Positions 8,443 through 18,615 of a stretch of DNA of 33,113 nucleotides are shown here, piece after piece. Origin of the DNA: a virus. Taxonomy: Duplodnaviria > Caudoviricetes. Where the stretch lies: the IMG/VR virus record IMGVR_UViG_3300020043_001584, positions 1-33,113 of that record; one strand, 5' to 3'. The notes under the pieces are model-generated. The model was not told where the DNA came from. It worked only from the letters and a program-made list of their open reading frames with translations, and did not search any database. The position numbers and the translations under genes were made by a program. Each line of letters opens with the position of its first letter. The first letter of the stretch is position 1.

Positions 8443-9750
8443 TCAATCCCCTTTTATGTTCTCAATTTTTCCAGTTTGCGGGTTCAAACGTTTTGTTGGC
8501 GTTTGTGTTGGTGTAACAACAGGGCTAATTGGTAGCTCAGTACCACCTTTAGCCGATTGTGTTTGTAAAGCCAAACGCTTGATGTTGTTTTGCACTTTCT
8601 TTTCTGCGCTCTTTAAAATACGCTTCATTGACTCAGGTTCAAGTCTTTGATTGCCAGCAACAACGTTTTGCAAGTATTTAAGTTCTTCATTAGAGTCGTT
8701 ACCACCAAACTGTACCAAACGAGGAATAACAATCTCACCAATGTTAGCCATAAATACTTCAGTATTTTGTACTTTTTGTGGGCTACCAATACCAGTATAT
8801 TTGGCTATGAATTGTCTTTCAGGGCCAATAGCTCCACCATAGATTCCCTGATCTAACAAAGAGAGAGCATCTGTGTAGGCGGTTTGCAAAGAAAATTGAT
8901 TTTCAATATTTGCTACATTTGTGCCGATAATCGCACCAGCCTTTTTAGCCGCTTCACCTGTATCAACATTGATACCACCAATAGTGACGTTACCAGTGCC
9001 TTTACCAGCTCCCTCAACCTTTTTAGTTGCGTATTCAAGCATACGTTTTTGGAAAGGTTCAGTGCCTGGTTTCAGACCCGCATCAATCAATGTTTTAGCA
9101 AACTCTGAGTACTTCTGAGCATCAGGGCCTTTATATAACTCAAAACCAGTAACAGCATCTATTAAAGAATTTCCAACAACAACTGTTTTGTTTGGTTTTT
9201 CAACCTGTTGCTCAAGGGCTTCAAGTTTTCTAGTTGTAAGATTTAGTTTCGCATCTCTTTCTGGAGATGATGGTTGTTGAGTTAAGACATCTAACTCAGT
9301 GTTTAATTGAGCAAGTTGATTGGCAATCAAAATCTTTTCTGGAGTTGATTGAACACGCTCACGATTAGCCGCAGCAGTACGTTGTTGAGCCAAAGCAGTC
9401 TCGCTTTGAGCCTTGCGATAGTATTCTGCAAGAGCCATAGCACCTTGTTGATCTCCCGCTTGTGACAACATCTTGATGCCTTGCACCATAGACTCAGGAT
9501 TAGATTGATCTATCTGTTGAAAGATAGTGTTTCTAGCACTAATCATCTTCAGTTGGGGGTCTTCAATGCCAAAAGCACCGCCAATAGCATTACCAAGCCC
9601 TCTAGCACCCGCATAGGTCATTGCTGCACCACGAGCCGCAGGGTCTAGTTGAGCAAGTTCAACACCCTCACGCAAAGCACTTCTGCGTTGTTGTTCACCA
9701 TACATTTCAGGGGTCAGCCCGAACAGACCCGCTACGATATTTTCAGCCAT
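8443..9750 (-). CDS. internal virion / DNA ejection protein
   Basis: Helical Q/A-rich protein in podoviral ejection-protein position. Confidence 0.65.
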   Translation of the reverse strand: MAENIVAGLFGLTPEMYGEQQRRSALREGVELAQLDPAARGAAMTYAGARGLGNAIGGAFGIEDPQLKMISARNTIFQQIDQSNPESMVQGIKMLSQAGDQQGAMALAEYYRKAQSETALAQQRTAAANRERVQSTPEKILIANQLAQLNTELDVLTQQPSSPERDAKLNLTTRKLEALEQQVEKPNKTVVVGNSLIDAVTGFELYKGPDAQKYSEFAKTLIDAGLKPGTEPFQKRMLEYATKKVEGAGKGTGNVTIGGINVDTGEAAKKAGAIIGTNVANIENQFSLQTAYTDALSLLDQGIYGGAIGPERQFIAKYTGIGSPQKVQNTEVFMANIGEIVIPRLVQFGGNDSNEELKYLQNVVAGNQRLEPESMKRILKSAEKKVQNNIKRLALQTQSAKGGTELPISPVVTPTQTPTKRLNPQTGKIENIKGD

Positions 9751-9759
9751 GATGATTCC

Positions 9760-11826
9760 TTACAAATATAAGCCAAGGTCTTGGTTGCCATAATAAGTAC
9801 CAGTACCAAATGTCGTTGCGGGCGCACTCATAGCCGTTGTTGCTGGCACACCACTAAATAACCCACCCACAAACTGACCAAGTGCGTTAGAAGAACCTAC
9901 GCCACCTAATACTGTTGAATAAGGGTTAGTTGTTGCCGCAGGGCTAGTAGCCAATCGAGTACTAAACTCAGCACCAGATAAGCCTAAACGACCCACATTA
10001 GCACCCGCTTGTGATGCTTGTTGAGCAAGAGCAGTACTCATGCCAAAAGGTTGTTGTGCCATTTGCTCTAAGCCCTGAACCTGTCCCAAAGCAGTCGTAT
10101 AGGGCGTATAAGCCGCTTGTTGACCACCATAGTACTGACCCATAGTCTGCGCACCTGTACCCAATAGACCCGCACCAAACGCAACCTGTTGTTGACCCGC
10201 TTGTTGAGCATTAGCCGCCAATTGAGCTTCTTGTTGCGCTCTAGCGTTAAACAAAGCCTGTAGTTCAGGAGTAGTAGCACCCAAAGTGCCACCTTGAGCA
10301 ACAGATAGACCACCACGACCTTGTTGTTGGAGTCTGTTTTGCAGATTAGCCAACTCTAACTCACGACCAGGTTGCAACAAAGCCATCTGTTGATTGAGAT
10401 AGTTCTGAGCGACATCTTGAGGATTCTGAGCTAAGTATTGATTGCCCAAACCAAACAAAGTTTGTGCGCCAGTTTGTAGAGGAGCAAATGCTTGTTGTGC
10501 GCCTTCAGCTTGTTGCAAACCAGACTCAGCCAACTTAACTAAGCGGTCTTGAGCATTCTTAGCTTCAGGGCTTAGTGTGTACCCTGCGCTTGTCAACTGA
10601 CCCGTTACAGGATCAACTGCAAACTGTGAAGTACCAAAGCGAGTTGTCATTCCGATAGGACGGAAAGCCGCAGACTGTTTAGCAGCTGCAGTCTCAGCAT
10701 CAATCATCTGTTGCGCTCTTTGAGCCGCTTCACGAGATGTTTGTTGTTGCAGAAGACCTGCCGCAGTCTGTGCGCCTGTCTGAACTAGATTGCCAATGTT
10801 TGTAGGAGTCAAAAGTCTATTGACTGCCGTTGGAATCAATGATGTTGCTATGTTTGTAGCAGTTGGTGTTAATGCAGAAGCTACCGCAGGTGCTACTGCC
10901 GCAGGAAGTACAGATGCCGCTGTTGGTGTCAATGCCGTAGCCGCAGTAGTAGTAGCCGCAGTTGTTGCAGGTGTTAATGTTGAGGCCGCAGTTGTTCCTG
11001 TAGCAGTAGGAGTTATCGCACTTGCTACATTAGGAGTTGTTAACAAGCCTCCGTTGTTTACACCAGTTAGATTAGTTAAGGTAGGTACAGTCGCACCAGT
11101 AGTTAAAGCACTGGCAAGGCTTGTAGCACCAGCAGTACCACCTGCACCACCTAATGCAAGATCATAAGCAGCCAATTCAGCCGCTGTTAAACCAGTAGTT
11201 CCAAGAGTAGCCGCACCACCTGCCGCAGTACCACTAAGCAAACCTTCTGTAATGCCAGGTATGCCGAAAGCTAAAGCACCAACAGCAGCTACTTTAAGAA
11301 TGTCATCCTTCAGAGTGCTAGATGAAGCACCTTGTGTATAAAAAACAGGCTTACCAGATTCATCAAAGTTAACACCAAAACCAGTATTACCTTTGCCTTC
11401 GTAAGAGCCAGACCAAAGATTGTCTTTAGTTCTCTCACCATAACCAGAGATTAACTTTTCACCAGTCATGGAGTTAATAATTCCATCATCTCCTTTGGCA
11501 ACTTGAGTAATGTCTGTAACACCACTCTTAGCCAACTCATCAGCCATGTATAAAGCGGCTTTTTCAGGAGGTAGTCCCCCTGTCCATGCCTCAGTAGTGC
11601 CTTGAGAAAGAATCTGATCTGCCAGTTTGTTAACATTTTCAGCCGTATAGACAGAAGGAGCAGCCTCTTTATATCGAGTTTGCACCTCTTGTACTGGTAA
11701 GCCAACAGCTTGAGCCATTTGAGCAGGGGTGACATTATATGTCTGCATTGCAGAAGCAATATCAGCGTCACTCATGCCTGGATTAGCAAGCAAGAAATCT
11801 ATAATTTGTTGACTGGTTACGGCCAT
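9760..11826 (-). CDS. internal virion / DNA ejection (pilot) protein
   Basis: Q/A/G-rich C-terminal half, T/A low-complexity linker; position after fibre. Confidence 0.65.
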   Translation of the reverse strand: MAVTSQQIIDFLLANPGMSDADIASAMQTYNVTPAQMAQAVGLPVQEVQTRYKEAAPSVYTAENVNKLADQILSQGTTEAWTGGLPPEKAALYMADELAKSGVTDITQVAKGDDGIINSMTGEKLISGYGERTKDNLWSGSYEGKGNTGFGVNFDESGKPVFYTQGASSSTLKDDILKVAAVGALAFGIPGITEGLLSGTAAGGAATLGTTGLTAAELAAYDLALGGAGGTAGATSLASALTTGATVPTLTNLTGVNNGGLLTTPNVASAITPTATGTTAASTLTPATTAATTTAATALTPTAASVLPAAVAPAVASALTPTATNIATSLIPTAVNRLLTPTNIGNLVQTGAQTAAGLLQQQTSREAAQRAQQMIDAETAAAKQSAAFRPIGMTTRFGTSQFAVDPVTGQLTSAGYTLSPEAKNAQDRLVKLAESGLQQAEGAQQAFAPLQTGAQTLFGLGNQYLAQNPQDVAQNYLNQQMALLQPGRELELANLQNRLQQQGRGGLSVAQGGTLGATTPELQALFNARAQQEAQLAANAQQAGQQQVAFGAGLLGTGAQTMGQYYGGQQAAYTPYTTALGQVQGLEQMAQQPFGMSTALAQQASQAGANVGRLGLSGAEFSTRLATSPAATTNPYSTVLGGVGSSNALGQFVGGLFSGVPATTAMSAPATTFGTGTYYGNQDLGLYL

Positions 11827-11832
11827 GATTGT

Positions 11833-11973
11833 TTACTCCGCTTCTTTAGGAACTTGCGCTTCAGCCTGTTCTTTAATCTTTACGATAAGAGGCCACACGC
11901 CACTACTAGAGGGCAACTGCCCCAAAGTTTGTAATACAAAGTTAATCTCGTTAACGTCTAACTCTAATTTCAT
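11833..11973 (-). CDS. small tail-associated hypothetical protein (46 aa)
   Basis: ATGA overlap; MKLELDVNEINFVLQTLGQLPSSSGVWPLIVKIKEQAEAQVPKEAE. Confidence 0.65.
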   Translation of the reverse strand: MKLELDVNEINFVLQTLGQLPSSSGVWPLIVKIKEQAEAQVPKEAE

Positions 11974-12266
11974 GCTTGACCCCACGGAGTTCCTTGTGCC
12001 GTAACAGGATTCTTCTGCAAAGCAATATTAGCCGCCAGTGCATCTTCTGTGGCTTGTTTATCAACACCATTAGTCCATACCCAACCAAGGACTGTTTCTT
12101 GTGTGAGTTCTGAATATGGAATCGTTGGAGTTCCATCAGCCCATGAGCAAGTTGAATAGATAGAGGCTGTGTAGTCTCCATCTACTGCTGTGGCTTGCCA
12201 GTGAACACAGTTAACGTAGCCTGTAGCTACATCTCGTTCCATCGTGCTTATAGTCCAGTTTGTCAT
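11970..12266 (-). CDS. tail fibre-associated small protein
   Basis: AAGGA SD; WTI..MER....GYV..VHW...IPYSELTQETVLGWV...GTPW pattern typical of genes following fibres. Confidence 0.7.
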   Translation of the reverse strand: MTNWTISTMERDVATGYVNCVHWQATAVDGDYTASIYSTCSWADGTPTIPYSELTQETVLGWVWTNGVDKQATEDALAANIALQKNPVTAQGTPWGQA

Positions 12267-12418
12267 TTTGCTTCCTTCAAGGGTTGTGGTGTAGGCATAA
12301 CACGAGTTATCACGCCATCTTTGGTTTGCTCAATAAAGCCGTTAGGTTTGATTTGAATGGTATTACCCCATGTTTGAGGCTTTGTTAAGTCAACTGTTTT
12401 GCCATCAATTTGAATCAT
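12263..12418 (-). CDS. hypothetical protein (51 aa)
   Basis: AAGGA SD, ATGA overlap; MIQIDGKTVDLTKPQTWGNTIQIKPNGFIEQTKDG... Confidence 0.55.
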   Translation of the reverse strand: MIQIDGKTVDLTKPQTWGNTIQIKPNGFIEQTKDGVITRVMPTPQPLKEAK

Positions 12419-12426
12419 GTTAGTCC

Positions 12427-15126
12427 TTACGGGTGTGATGCTTTGTAGGCATCAAATTCTGCTTTGAGTTCTTGAATAGCCGCAGTTAATGTAGCCACCA
12501 AGAATGATGTGTCAATGCCTTGGTATTTAGGATTGCCATCAGCATCCATAGCATCTTTTTCACCGCTTACGCATTGAGGCACAACTTCAGCCAATTCATG
12601 AGCAATGAAACCCTCACCATCAGAGCCGTCAACATTCCACTTATAAGTAACAGGATTAAGCAATGCCACCTTTGCCAATGCGCCTGTAATTGGTGCAATG
12701 GTATTCTTTAAGCGATAGTCTGAAGATGTGTTGTAAGCAGTTGCTGTAGTTGTTACAGATACACTTCCAACTTGAGTTCCAGCTCTACGAAATACTAATA
12801 AATCACCATCGGTTGAAATACGATTAAATTCAGCGGCTACGTTATCTCGTGAAGCTGATATATATCCTGAGCTACCAACAGCAAAACCGGAAATATTTCC
12901 CGAAGCTGGTGCTATACTTGTATTCTGCCCCACCAGCAAGTTACCGCTAGAGTCAATTCTCATGCGTTCAGGTACAGAACCACCGCTAACGCCTGAACCA
13001 CCAGTTGCAAAGCCTAACGCACCTAATGATGAACTTTCTTGAATATTAAAAATAGCAGAAGCTGAATTACCAGCACCGCCTTCTAAATATAATCCAGCCA
13101 TTGTGTTAGCTGTGGTACTTTCATTGCGTATGTTTATACCAACTATGTTGTAATTCCAAATATTAGCACCGCTAACAGTATTATTATTTGTTCCATACAG
13201 ATTTTGCCGCATTGCTTGTGTTGTAGTACCAACTGAAAGATTACCCGTTGCTGTCAGAGTCATCGCCTGAGTAAAGGAGATAGCGTTTCCTGCTGTGCCT
13301 GAGCCTGCGTTATACCAATAGTGAATACCAGCACTCTGTGCATATCTAGTTGCTACGGCAGTTGCTGTATATTTCCAACCTGAGTTGTAATACGCATTTT
13401 GTGCGATGTTAATTCCTGAGTTACCACTAATGATGCCGTATTCAGATTGCATCGTTACAAGATTAGAAGCACTCGGAGTAACTCCCAAGCCTAGATTGCC
13501 TGAGGAGTCAACTGTGAGTCTAGTTGTTCCATCCTTATCAATCGTAAGAGATGAATCTGTATTTACTTTAAAGTTATATGAGGCATAACTTGTTTGAGTA
13601 AGTTTTAACTGAGCAGTTGAACCACTTACTTCTGATTGTAGTTTTGCAGATGGTGAACTTGTACCAATACCCAACCCTGTTGAGGTGAGGCGCATACCTT
13701 CGGCTGTTGTTCCGGGGCCATCGGTCGCCCTAAAAACAATCGATGCTGTGCTACCAACTGCTGACAAGTATGTGTTTCCATCTCTAGAATCTAATTGCCC
13801 ATAATAACTTGCGCTACTTGGATACTGTGCCCGCAATCCATTTGCATTGGTGCTTGTAATAATTCCTGTGCTTGCAAAGTTAGTCCCATCAAAAGTAAGC
13901 GCAGAGCCAGTAGCCAATGCACTAGAACTAGATGCGTAAACCACAGCGCCTGATGTGAACGAAGTCAGGTTTGTACCGCCATTGGCAGTAGGAAGTGTTC
14001 CAGTCACACCAGTTGTCAAAGGCAAACCAGTTGCATTAGTCAATGTTGCGCTTGTTGGAGTACCCAATACTGGTGTCACCAATGTCGGAGAAGTCGCAAA
14101 GACAGCAGAGCCTGTTCCTGTTTCATCTGTTAAGGCAGCCGCTAAGTTAGCACTTGATGGAGTCGCTAGAAAGGTTGCTACACCAGTTCCTAGACCTGAT
14201 ACACCTGTAGCAATAGGAAGACCTGTAGCGTTTGTTAAGGTTGCGCTAGTGGGTGTTCCAAGGATAGGAGTTACTAGGGTAGGAGAGGTAGCAAATACTG
14301 CTGACCCTGTTCCTGTCTCGTCTGTCAAAGCACCCAAAAGGTTAGCAGAACTAAATGAACCCAAAGATGTTGCATTGCCAACAGAAGTGACTGCACCTGT
14401 TAAGTTAGCGTTAGTAGTGACATTACCCGCAGTTAAGCCAGAAGCAGTACCTGTGATGTTTGTGCCTACCAAGGCTGATGGAGTGCCTAAAGCAGGAGTG
14501 ACCAAGGTTGGGCTATTGGCAAACACCAAAGCACCTGATCCTGTTTCGTCGGATACGGCAGAAGCTAAGTTAGCAGATGATGGAGTACCCAAGAAAGTAG
14601 CTACACCAGTACCCAAACCACTCACACCAGTAGAGATTGGCAATCCTGTGGCGTTTGTCAAAGTACCAGAAGCGGGAGTTCCCAATGCGGGAGTCACCAG
14701 TGTTGGCGAGTTTGACAACACTACATTGCCTGTGCCAGTAGATGTAGTTACACCAGTACCACCATTGGCAACCGCTAAAGTGCCAGTAATATCGGCAGTA
14801 GAGAGAGTTACTGCATCCCATGTAGCATTAGTGCCATCAGTTTGGAGATACTTGTTTGCGTTGCTTGTTTGGCTAGGCAAGAGGTTATTCAAAGCAGCAG
14901 TAGCCGTAGAAGCACCTGTACCGCCATCAGCAACCGCTAAGTCTGTGATACCAGTAATTGAACCACCAGTAATTGCGGCAGCAGAGTTATCTGTCTTCGT
15001 AGAGATAGCAGTAGAGATGTTATTGAACTCAGTGTCAATCTCAGTACCACGGACGATCTTTAACGGATCACCAGGAGATAAGTTATCCTTGGTGGCGAAA
15101 TTAGTACTTTTTGTGTATTGGCTCAT
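12427..15126 (-). CDS. tail fibre with C-terminal intramolecular chaperone (peptidase S74)
   Basis: G/T/S-rich repeats, ERMRIDSSGNLLVG fibre motifs, TSSDYRLK autocleavage site, GFIAHEL and LTAAIQEL chaperone motifs. Confidence 0.92.
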   Translation of the reverse strand: MSQYTKSTNFATKDNLSPGDPLKIVRGTEIDTEFNNISTAISTKTDNSAAAITGGSITGITDLAVADGGTGASTATAALNNLLPSQTSNANKYLQTDGTNATWDAVTLSTADITGTLAVANGGTGVTTSTGTGNVVLSNSPTLVTPALGTPASGTLTNATGLPISTGVSGLGTGVATFLGTPSSANLASAVSDETGSGALVFANSPTLVTPALGTPSALVGTNITGTASGLTAGNVTTNANLTGAVTSVGNATSLGSFSSANLLGALTDETGTGSAVFATSPTLVTPILGTPTSATLTNATGLPIATGVSGLGTGVATFLATPSSANLAAALTDETGTGSAVFATSPTLVTPVLGTPTSATLTNATGLPLTTGVTGTLPTANGGTNLTSFTSGAVVYASSSSALATGSALTFDGTNFASTGIITSTNANGLRAQYPSSASYYGQLDSRDGNTYLSAVGSTASIVFRATDGPGTTAEGMRLTSTGLGIGTSSPSAKLQSEVSGSTAQLKLTQTSYASYNFKVNTDSSLTIDKDGTTRLTVDSSGNLGLGVTPSASNLVTMQSEYGIISGNSGINIAQNAYYNSGWKYTATAVATRYAQSAGIHYWYNAGSGTAGNAISFTQAMTLTATGNLSVGTTTQAMRQNLYGTNNNTVSGANIWNYNIVGINIRNESTTANTMAGLYLEGGAGNSASAIFNIQESSSLGALGFATGGSGVSGGSVPERMRIDSSGNLLVGQNTSIAPASGNISGFAVGSSGYISASRDNVAAEFNRISTDGDLLVFRRAGTQVGSVSVTTTATAYNTSSDYRLKNTIAPITGALAKVALLNPVTYKWNVDGSDGEGFIAHELAEVVPQCVSGEKDAMDADGNPKYQGIDTSFLVATLTAAIQELKAEFDAYKASHP
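14000..14715 (-). repeat. degenerate internal repeats in tail fibre
   Basis: Four copies of SPTLVTPxLGTP, three of DETG(S/T)G.(L/A)VFA, three of TLTNATGLP. Confidence 0.8.
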
Positions 15127-15127
15127 A

Positions 15128-15664
15128 TCATTCTCCGTATTTCAAATATGCCACTAACATTTCCAACTCTTGTAAAGTTGCATAACCTTTGACTCGGTTT
15201 GCTTTCCAAGAAATTATTTGGATATTGTCTGGCGTGTAACCTTTTGTTGAATCTATGCGGTCAATACTAGGACTTGTTTCTCTAAATCCAGCAGTATTGA
15301 ATTCTAATTTCATTCCAAAAATAGGGCAACATCCATCTTTAGGATAGATTGCCTTCACATCTTCAACAGTAATCGTATGCTCTCGGTCTTTGTCTTTTGC
15401 TCGTTGCTTCGATGCGTTTATCAGCATTTGTAGGCGATAGTCAAAGTCCTTCCTACGATTTCGCTGATATGTTCGAGAGTATTCAAGACCTTGTTCGTAA
15501 TTTTCAGCCCTACGTTTTGTTTGATAAGCTAAATCACAAGTTCTACATTTGTATTGCAAACCATCTGAAGCCGCATTATTCTTTGTGTAATCAGTTAAGG
15601 GTTTATCAATTTTGCACCATCCGCAAACTTTTGAAGTCTTAACAACTTTTAGGAGTGCGCTCAT
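15128..15664 (-). CDS. HNH-like homing endonuclease with N-terminal zinc finger
   Basis: CGWC...CRTC; CPIFG...SPSIDRIDSTKGYTPDNIQIISWKANRVKG. Confidence 0.85.
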   Translation of the reverse strand: MSALLKVVKTSKVCGWCKIDKPLTDYTKNNAASDGLQYKCRTCDLAYQTKRRAENYEQGLEYSRTYQRNRRKDFDYRLQMLINASKQRAKDKDREHTITVEDVKAIYPKDGCCPIFGMKLEFNTAGFRETSPSIDRIDSTKGYTPDNIQIISWKANRVKGYATLQELEMLVAYLKYGE

Positions 15665-17205
15665 GATATTTTCCCGTTCTTAGATTGAATCTCAATCTTC
15701 TGAATTGACAACTGCGTGCCGTTAATGGTGGTTTCGTAACCAGTTTGAACAATTTTTCCCGCACCAGAAGCATTCACATCTAGTGTCTTAATAAGCACAC
15801 CACCAGAATACTCAGCTACTCCATATTCAGCAAGACCATACTCATAGTTCTTTTGCTCAGGAATGTAAGCATTGCCCGACAAATAGTTGGCAGCAAAATC
15901 AAATCCCCACTTAATCGTGACGAACTGGTCAGAGCCACCAATCACAATTGTCTTGATTCTTTTCAAGATGGAAATCTGATTCTGATTACCTAAATCTGCA
16001 TGGTTGGTAAAGTAAGAAAACCGATAAGTTGATGTGTGATCTAAGAAACTTGCATACTTACCAATGTATCCATTCTTACCAATGTATAAATCACCATTGC
16101 GAAGCGAATAGAGGGACGTAGGAGCGATTGAATCCCACTTAGTGACCCTAGATGCACCATCTTGCAATTGCATCTTTGTATCGAAGCAGAAGACCTGTGC
16201 TGTTACTGGAAGAGTCAACAGATAAAAGGCATCCTTCTCTGAGTAAACAGACTTCAGATTAGCCAGAGTCTCTACTGCCAAAGAACCTATCAAGTCGGAA
16301 CGAACATTCTTAGACAAGTCTCTCAAAGGAGCAGACTTCTCTTGAATAGTCCTCATTAGTGAACGAACACCCGAGTCTGACAAGAATATAACGTCTGTAC
16401 CAATACTCTGAATTGAATCACGAGCAATACACCCAATAGAGCCTACTGTGTCGCTCAATTGAAGCGTAGCGGGTGTAGTAGCACCAGAGTAAACAAGAAT
16501 CTGTCGTTTACCAAAGATGAATAAGAAGTCATTGTGAGCCGCCAAGCCCATGATCTCATCTGCACCATTAGGCCATACACGAGATACGTCCAATGTTCCT
16601 GAAGTACCACCACCCCATACATGACCTGCAATCAGGTCAGAGAAGGTAATCGTAACTTTATCTGTGGAAGTATTAGCCACCCACAAACGACCAAATGCTG
16701 AGATACAGATATTGGCTTGCGGAACAGTAGCCACATATCCTGTTTTTTCAGAAACTCTGCGATAAGTAGTTGTACTTACTGCGGGGTCAAAGATGAGTGG
16801 ATCGTGTCCAGATTGGAAGAAATAAGTAATCCCATTCAGAGAAGCGCAATGCCAGTTGTTAGCCGTGAAAGTAGGAGCAGAACCGCCACCACCATAGGTC
16901 AACTCAGTCACTGCATTAGAAGTGCCAAGTTTGAATAACTTTAGATTCCCTGCAAACAGAACAGTCAAAGTGCCATCAGTTTGGACTAATTCATGAATAA
17001 CAGTAACGTCATTAGCACCTAGATTGCCCGATGATGGGTTAACCCTTGTGTAGCCCTTGCGAGAGCCAACACGACCATATTGGTCAATCACACAATTATT
17101 GGCGACCAAAGCAAAGCCAGATGCCAAATCTAATGGCGAATCTTGCGTGTTCAGGCCATAAAAGCCTGGTGCGCTAATGCTTTGACTTTGTAGAGGAGCT
17201 GCCAT
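15661..17205 (-). CDS. tail tubular protein B / nozzle (P22 gp10, T7 gp12-like)
   Basis: 514 aa beta-rich; GLNTQDSP, IGCIARDSIQSIGTDVIFLSDSGVRSL; synteny. Confidence 0.75.
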   Translation of the reverse strand: MAAPLQSQSISAPGFYGLNTQDSPLDLASGFALVANNCVIDQYGRVGSRKGYTRVNPSSGNLGANDVTVIHELVQTDGTLTVLFAGNLKLFKLGTSNAVTELTYGGGGSAPTFTANNWHCASLNGITYFFQSGHDPLIFDPAVSTTTYRRVSEKTGYVATVPQANICISAFGRLWVANTSTDKVTITFSDLIAGHVWGGGTSGTLDVSRVWPNGADEIMGLAAHNDFLFIFGKRQILVYSGATTPATLQLSDTVGSIGCIARDSIQSIGTDVIFLSDSGVRSLMRTIQEKSAPLRDLSKNVRSDLIGSLAVETLANLKSVYSEKDAFYLLTLPVTAQVFCFDTKMQLQDGASRVTKWDSIAPTSLYSLRNGDLYIGKNGYIGKYASFLDHTSTYRFSYFTNHADLGNQNQISILKRIKTIVIGGSDQFVTIKWGFDFAANYLSGNAYIPEQKNYEYGLAEYGVAEYSGGVLIKTLDVNASGAGKIVQTGYETTINGTQLSIQKIEIQSKNGKIS

Positions 17206-17849
17206 TAGACCGCCACAAAGTTATCTTCAGGGTAACGAGTGCTTTCCAATGCAATAGCGTCAGATAGCATTCCACGGAACAAAGCATAAGCCTCATTAGA
17301 AGCAGTGCCTCCATCTTCACCACGCTCAATCAAGCCACGGGCATAGGCACTCTGGGCGACCAAATAGTCCAATACTTTGACTGAAGTGCCATCAGCAGAC
17401 AGATTAGCCTGTGGGATAGTCAAATCAAACTTCAGTGTATAGACACCATCAGGAACAGGAAACAGGTCAATCTTTGTGTCGCCATTGTTATCTACACCAC
17501 TAAAGCAAAACTCGCTCGGAATAGACTGTGAAGGTGTACCAAAGTTTAACTTGCGGTTCATGTCCGCAGTCGTGGTGTTGTCTAAGGTAATAACACTGGT
17601 GGTGTTAATAGCATCATTGATGCGAAACTTCTGACCCGCACCTGTCAAAGCGTATGAACTTGTGCCACTGGTAGTAGTAACTGTAATTGTTTGTCCTAAG
17701 ACATTCCAGTTATAAGAATCTTCAATCTGACGCTTGGCATCATTGACAAACTTGCCAATTAATGCGGAATAGGAGGTTTCTGAGACTGTAGAAACATTAG
17801 TCTCACGCAAACGGGTGAGAACATCATTTACAAGTTCTAAGTAGGTCAT
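17205..17849 (-). CDS. tail tubular protein A / head-tail adaptor
   Basis: MTYLELVNDVLTRLRE...FVNDAKRQIE...W.., LFPVPDGVY; synteny. Confidence 0.75.
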   Translation of the reverse strand: MTYLELVNDVLTRLRETNVSTVSETSYSALIGKFVNDAKRQIEDSYNWNVLGQTITVTTTSGTSSYALTGAGQKFRINDAINTTSVITLDNTTTADMNRKLNFGTPSQSIPSEFCFSGVDNNGDTKIDLFPVPDGVYTLKFDLTIPQANLSADGTSVKVLDYLVAQSAYARGLIERGEDGGTASNEAYALFRGMLSDAIALESTRYPEDNFVAV

Positions 17850-18181
17850 GTTCGTTGCGCTCCCTGAACCTCAAATGTTGCAATAAAACTGAATGTACTA
17901 GCAGCTTCAGTAGTAAGTTGAATCCTATCGCCTTCTTCTAAAACGATGTAAGCAACACCATTGAATTCAAGGTATTCTTTAGAAGTTAAGGGATATGAAG
18001 TAAGAATATCTAAGGTTGTTGCAGTGCTTGCGTCATACCACTGAACAGTAATGTTTTTAGTCGAACCGCCAGTATTGTGAATATACATCACAGTAAACTT
18101 GGCGTAATAACCCGTAGGAACTGTATAAACAGTTGTCAGCGTTGCGGCTGTTGGGTTAATTCCGACTGAGATTGGTCTCAC
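17846..18181 (-). CDS. small beta-rich virion protein
   Basis: TTVYTVPTG...IVLEEGDRI pattern; structural operon. Confidence 0.65.
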   Translation of the reverse strand: MRPISVGINPTAATLTTVYTVPTGYYAKFTVMYIHNTGGSTKNITVQWYDASTATTLDILTSYPLTSKEYLEFNGVAYIVLEEGDRIQLTTEAASTFSFIATFEVQGAQRT

Positions 18182-18471
18182 TTCATATTCCTCTTAGAGA
18201 TCGCTTTAGCCTTAGCTTTAGCGTCTTCCTTGGACGTTGCGCCCCAAGCTCTAAGAGAAAGTAAAAGTCGGGTAGGCTTTCCATCTTTCATCTCAGCGCC
18301 AGGCATATTGCCCATACGTGCTAAAAAGGAGGCCCTTGCAGGGTTGTCGCCCGACTTTTTTGGGGCATTCAATTTGCCACCAGTTTCTGCATTATACGAT
18401 GCTCTTCCCTTGGCATTCAAGCCCCCTTTGGGGTTTTGTCCTTCTTTTCTTTGCCAAGCAGGAGATTTCAT
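18178..18471 (-). CDS. conserved basic phage protein
   Basis: PAWQRKEGQNPKGGLNAKGRASY...RASFLARM...SLRAWG. Confidence 0.7.
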   Translation of the reverse strand: MKSPAWQRKEGQNPKGGLNAKGRASYNAETGGKLNAPKKSGDNPARASFLARMGNMPGAEMKDGKPTRLLLSLRAWGATSKEDAKAKAKAISKRNMK

Positions 18472-18614
18472 TTCTTCTTTGCGGTCTTAGCCGCAGCCTT
18501 AAATGCCGCCTCAGTAGGAGCACCTTTAGAACCAACCTTACGCATCTTTTCCTTAGAACCAGCTTTGATACGTTCTTGTTTGGCATTGATGTTAGCGTAG
18601 AGACCTTGTTTCAT
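18468..18614 (-). CDS. small basic protein (48 aa)
   Basis: MKQGLYANINAKQERIKAGSKEKMRKVGSKGAPTEAAFKAAAKTAKKK; ATGA overlap. Confidence 0.7.
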   Translation of the reverse strand: MKQGLYANINAKQERIKAGSKEKMRKVGSKGAPTEAAFKAAAKTAKKK

Positions 18615-18615
18615 A

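Noticed and set aside
10790-11167. 125 aa + strand Val/Ala ORF
   Set aside because: Antisense shadow of the low-complexity linker
12427-15126. Diversity-generating retroelement target
   Set aside because: No reverse transcriptase and no TR/VR pair seen
13955-15157. 400 aa + strand ORF
   Set aside because: Antisense shadow of the G/T/A-rich tail fibre; V/P/A composition, no RBS
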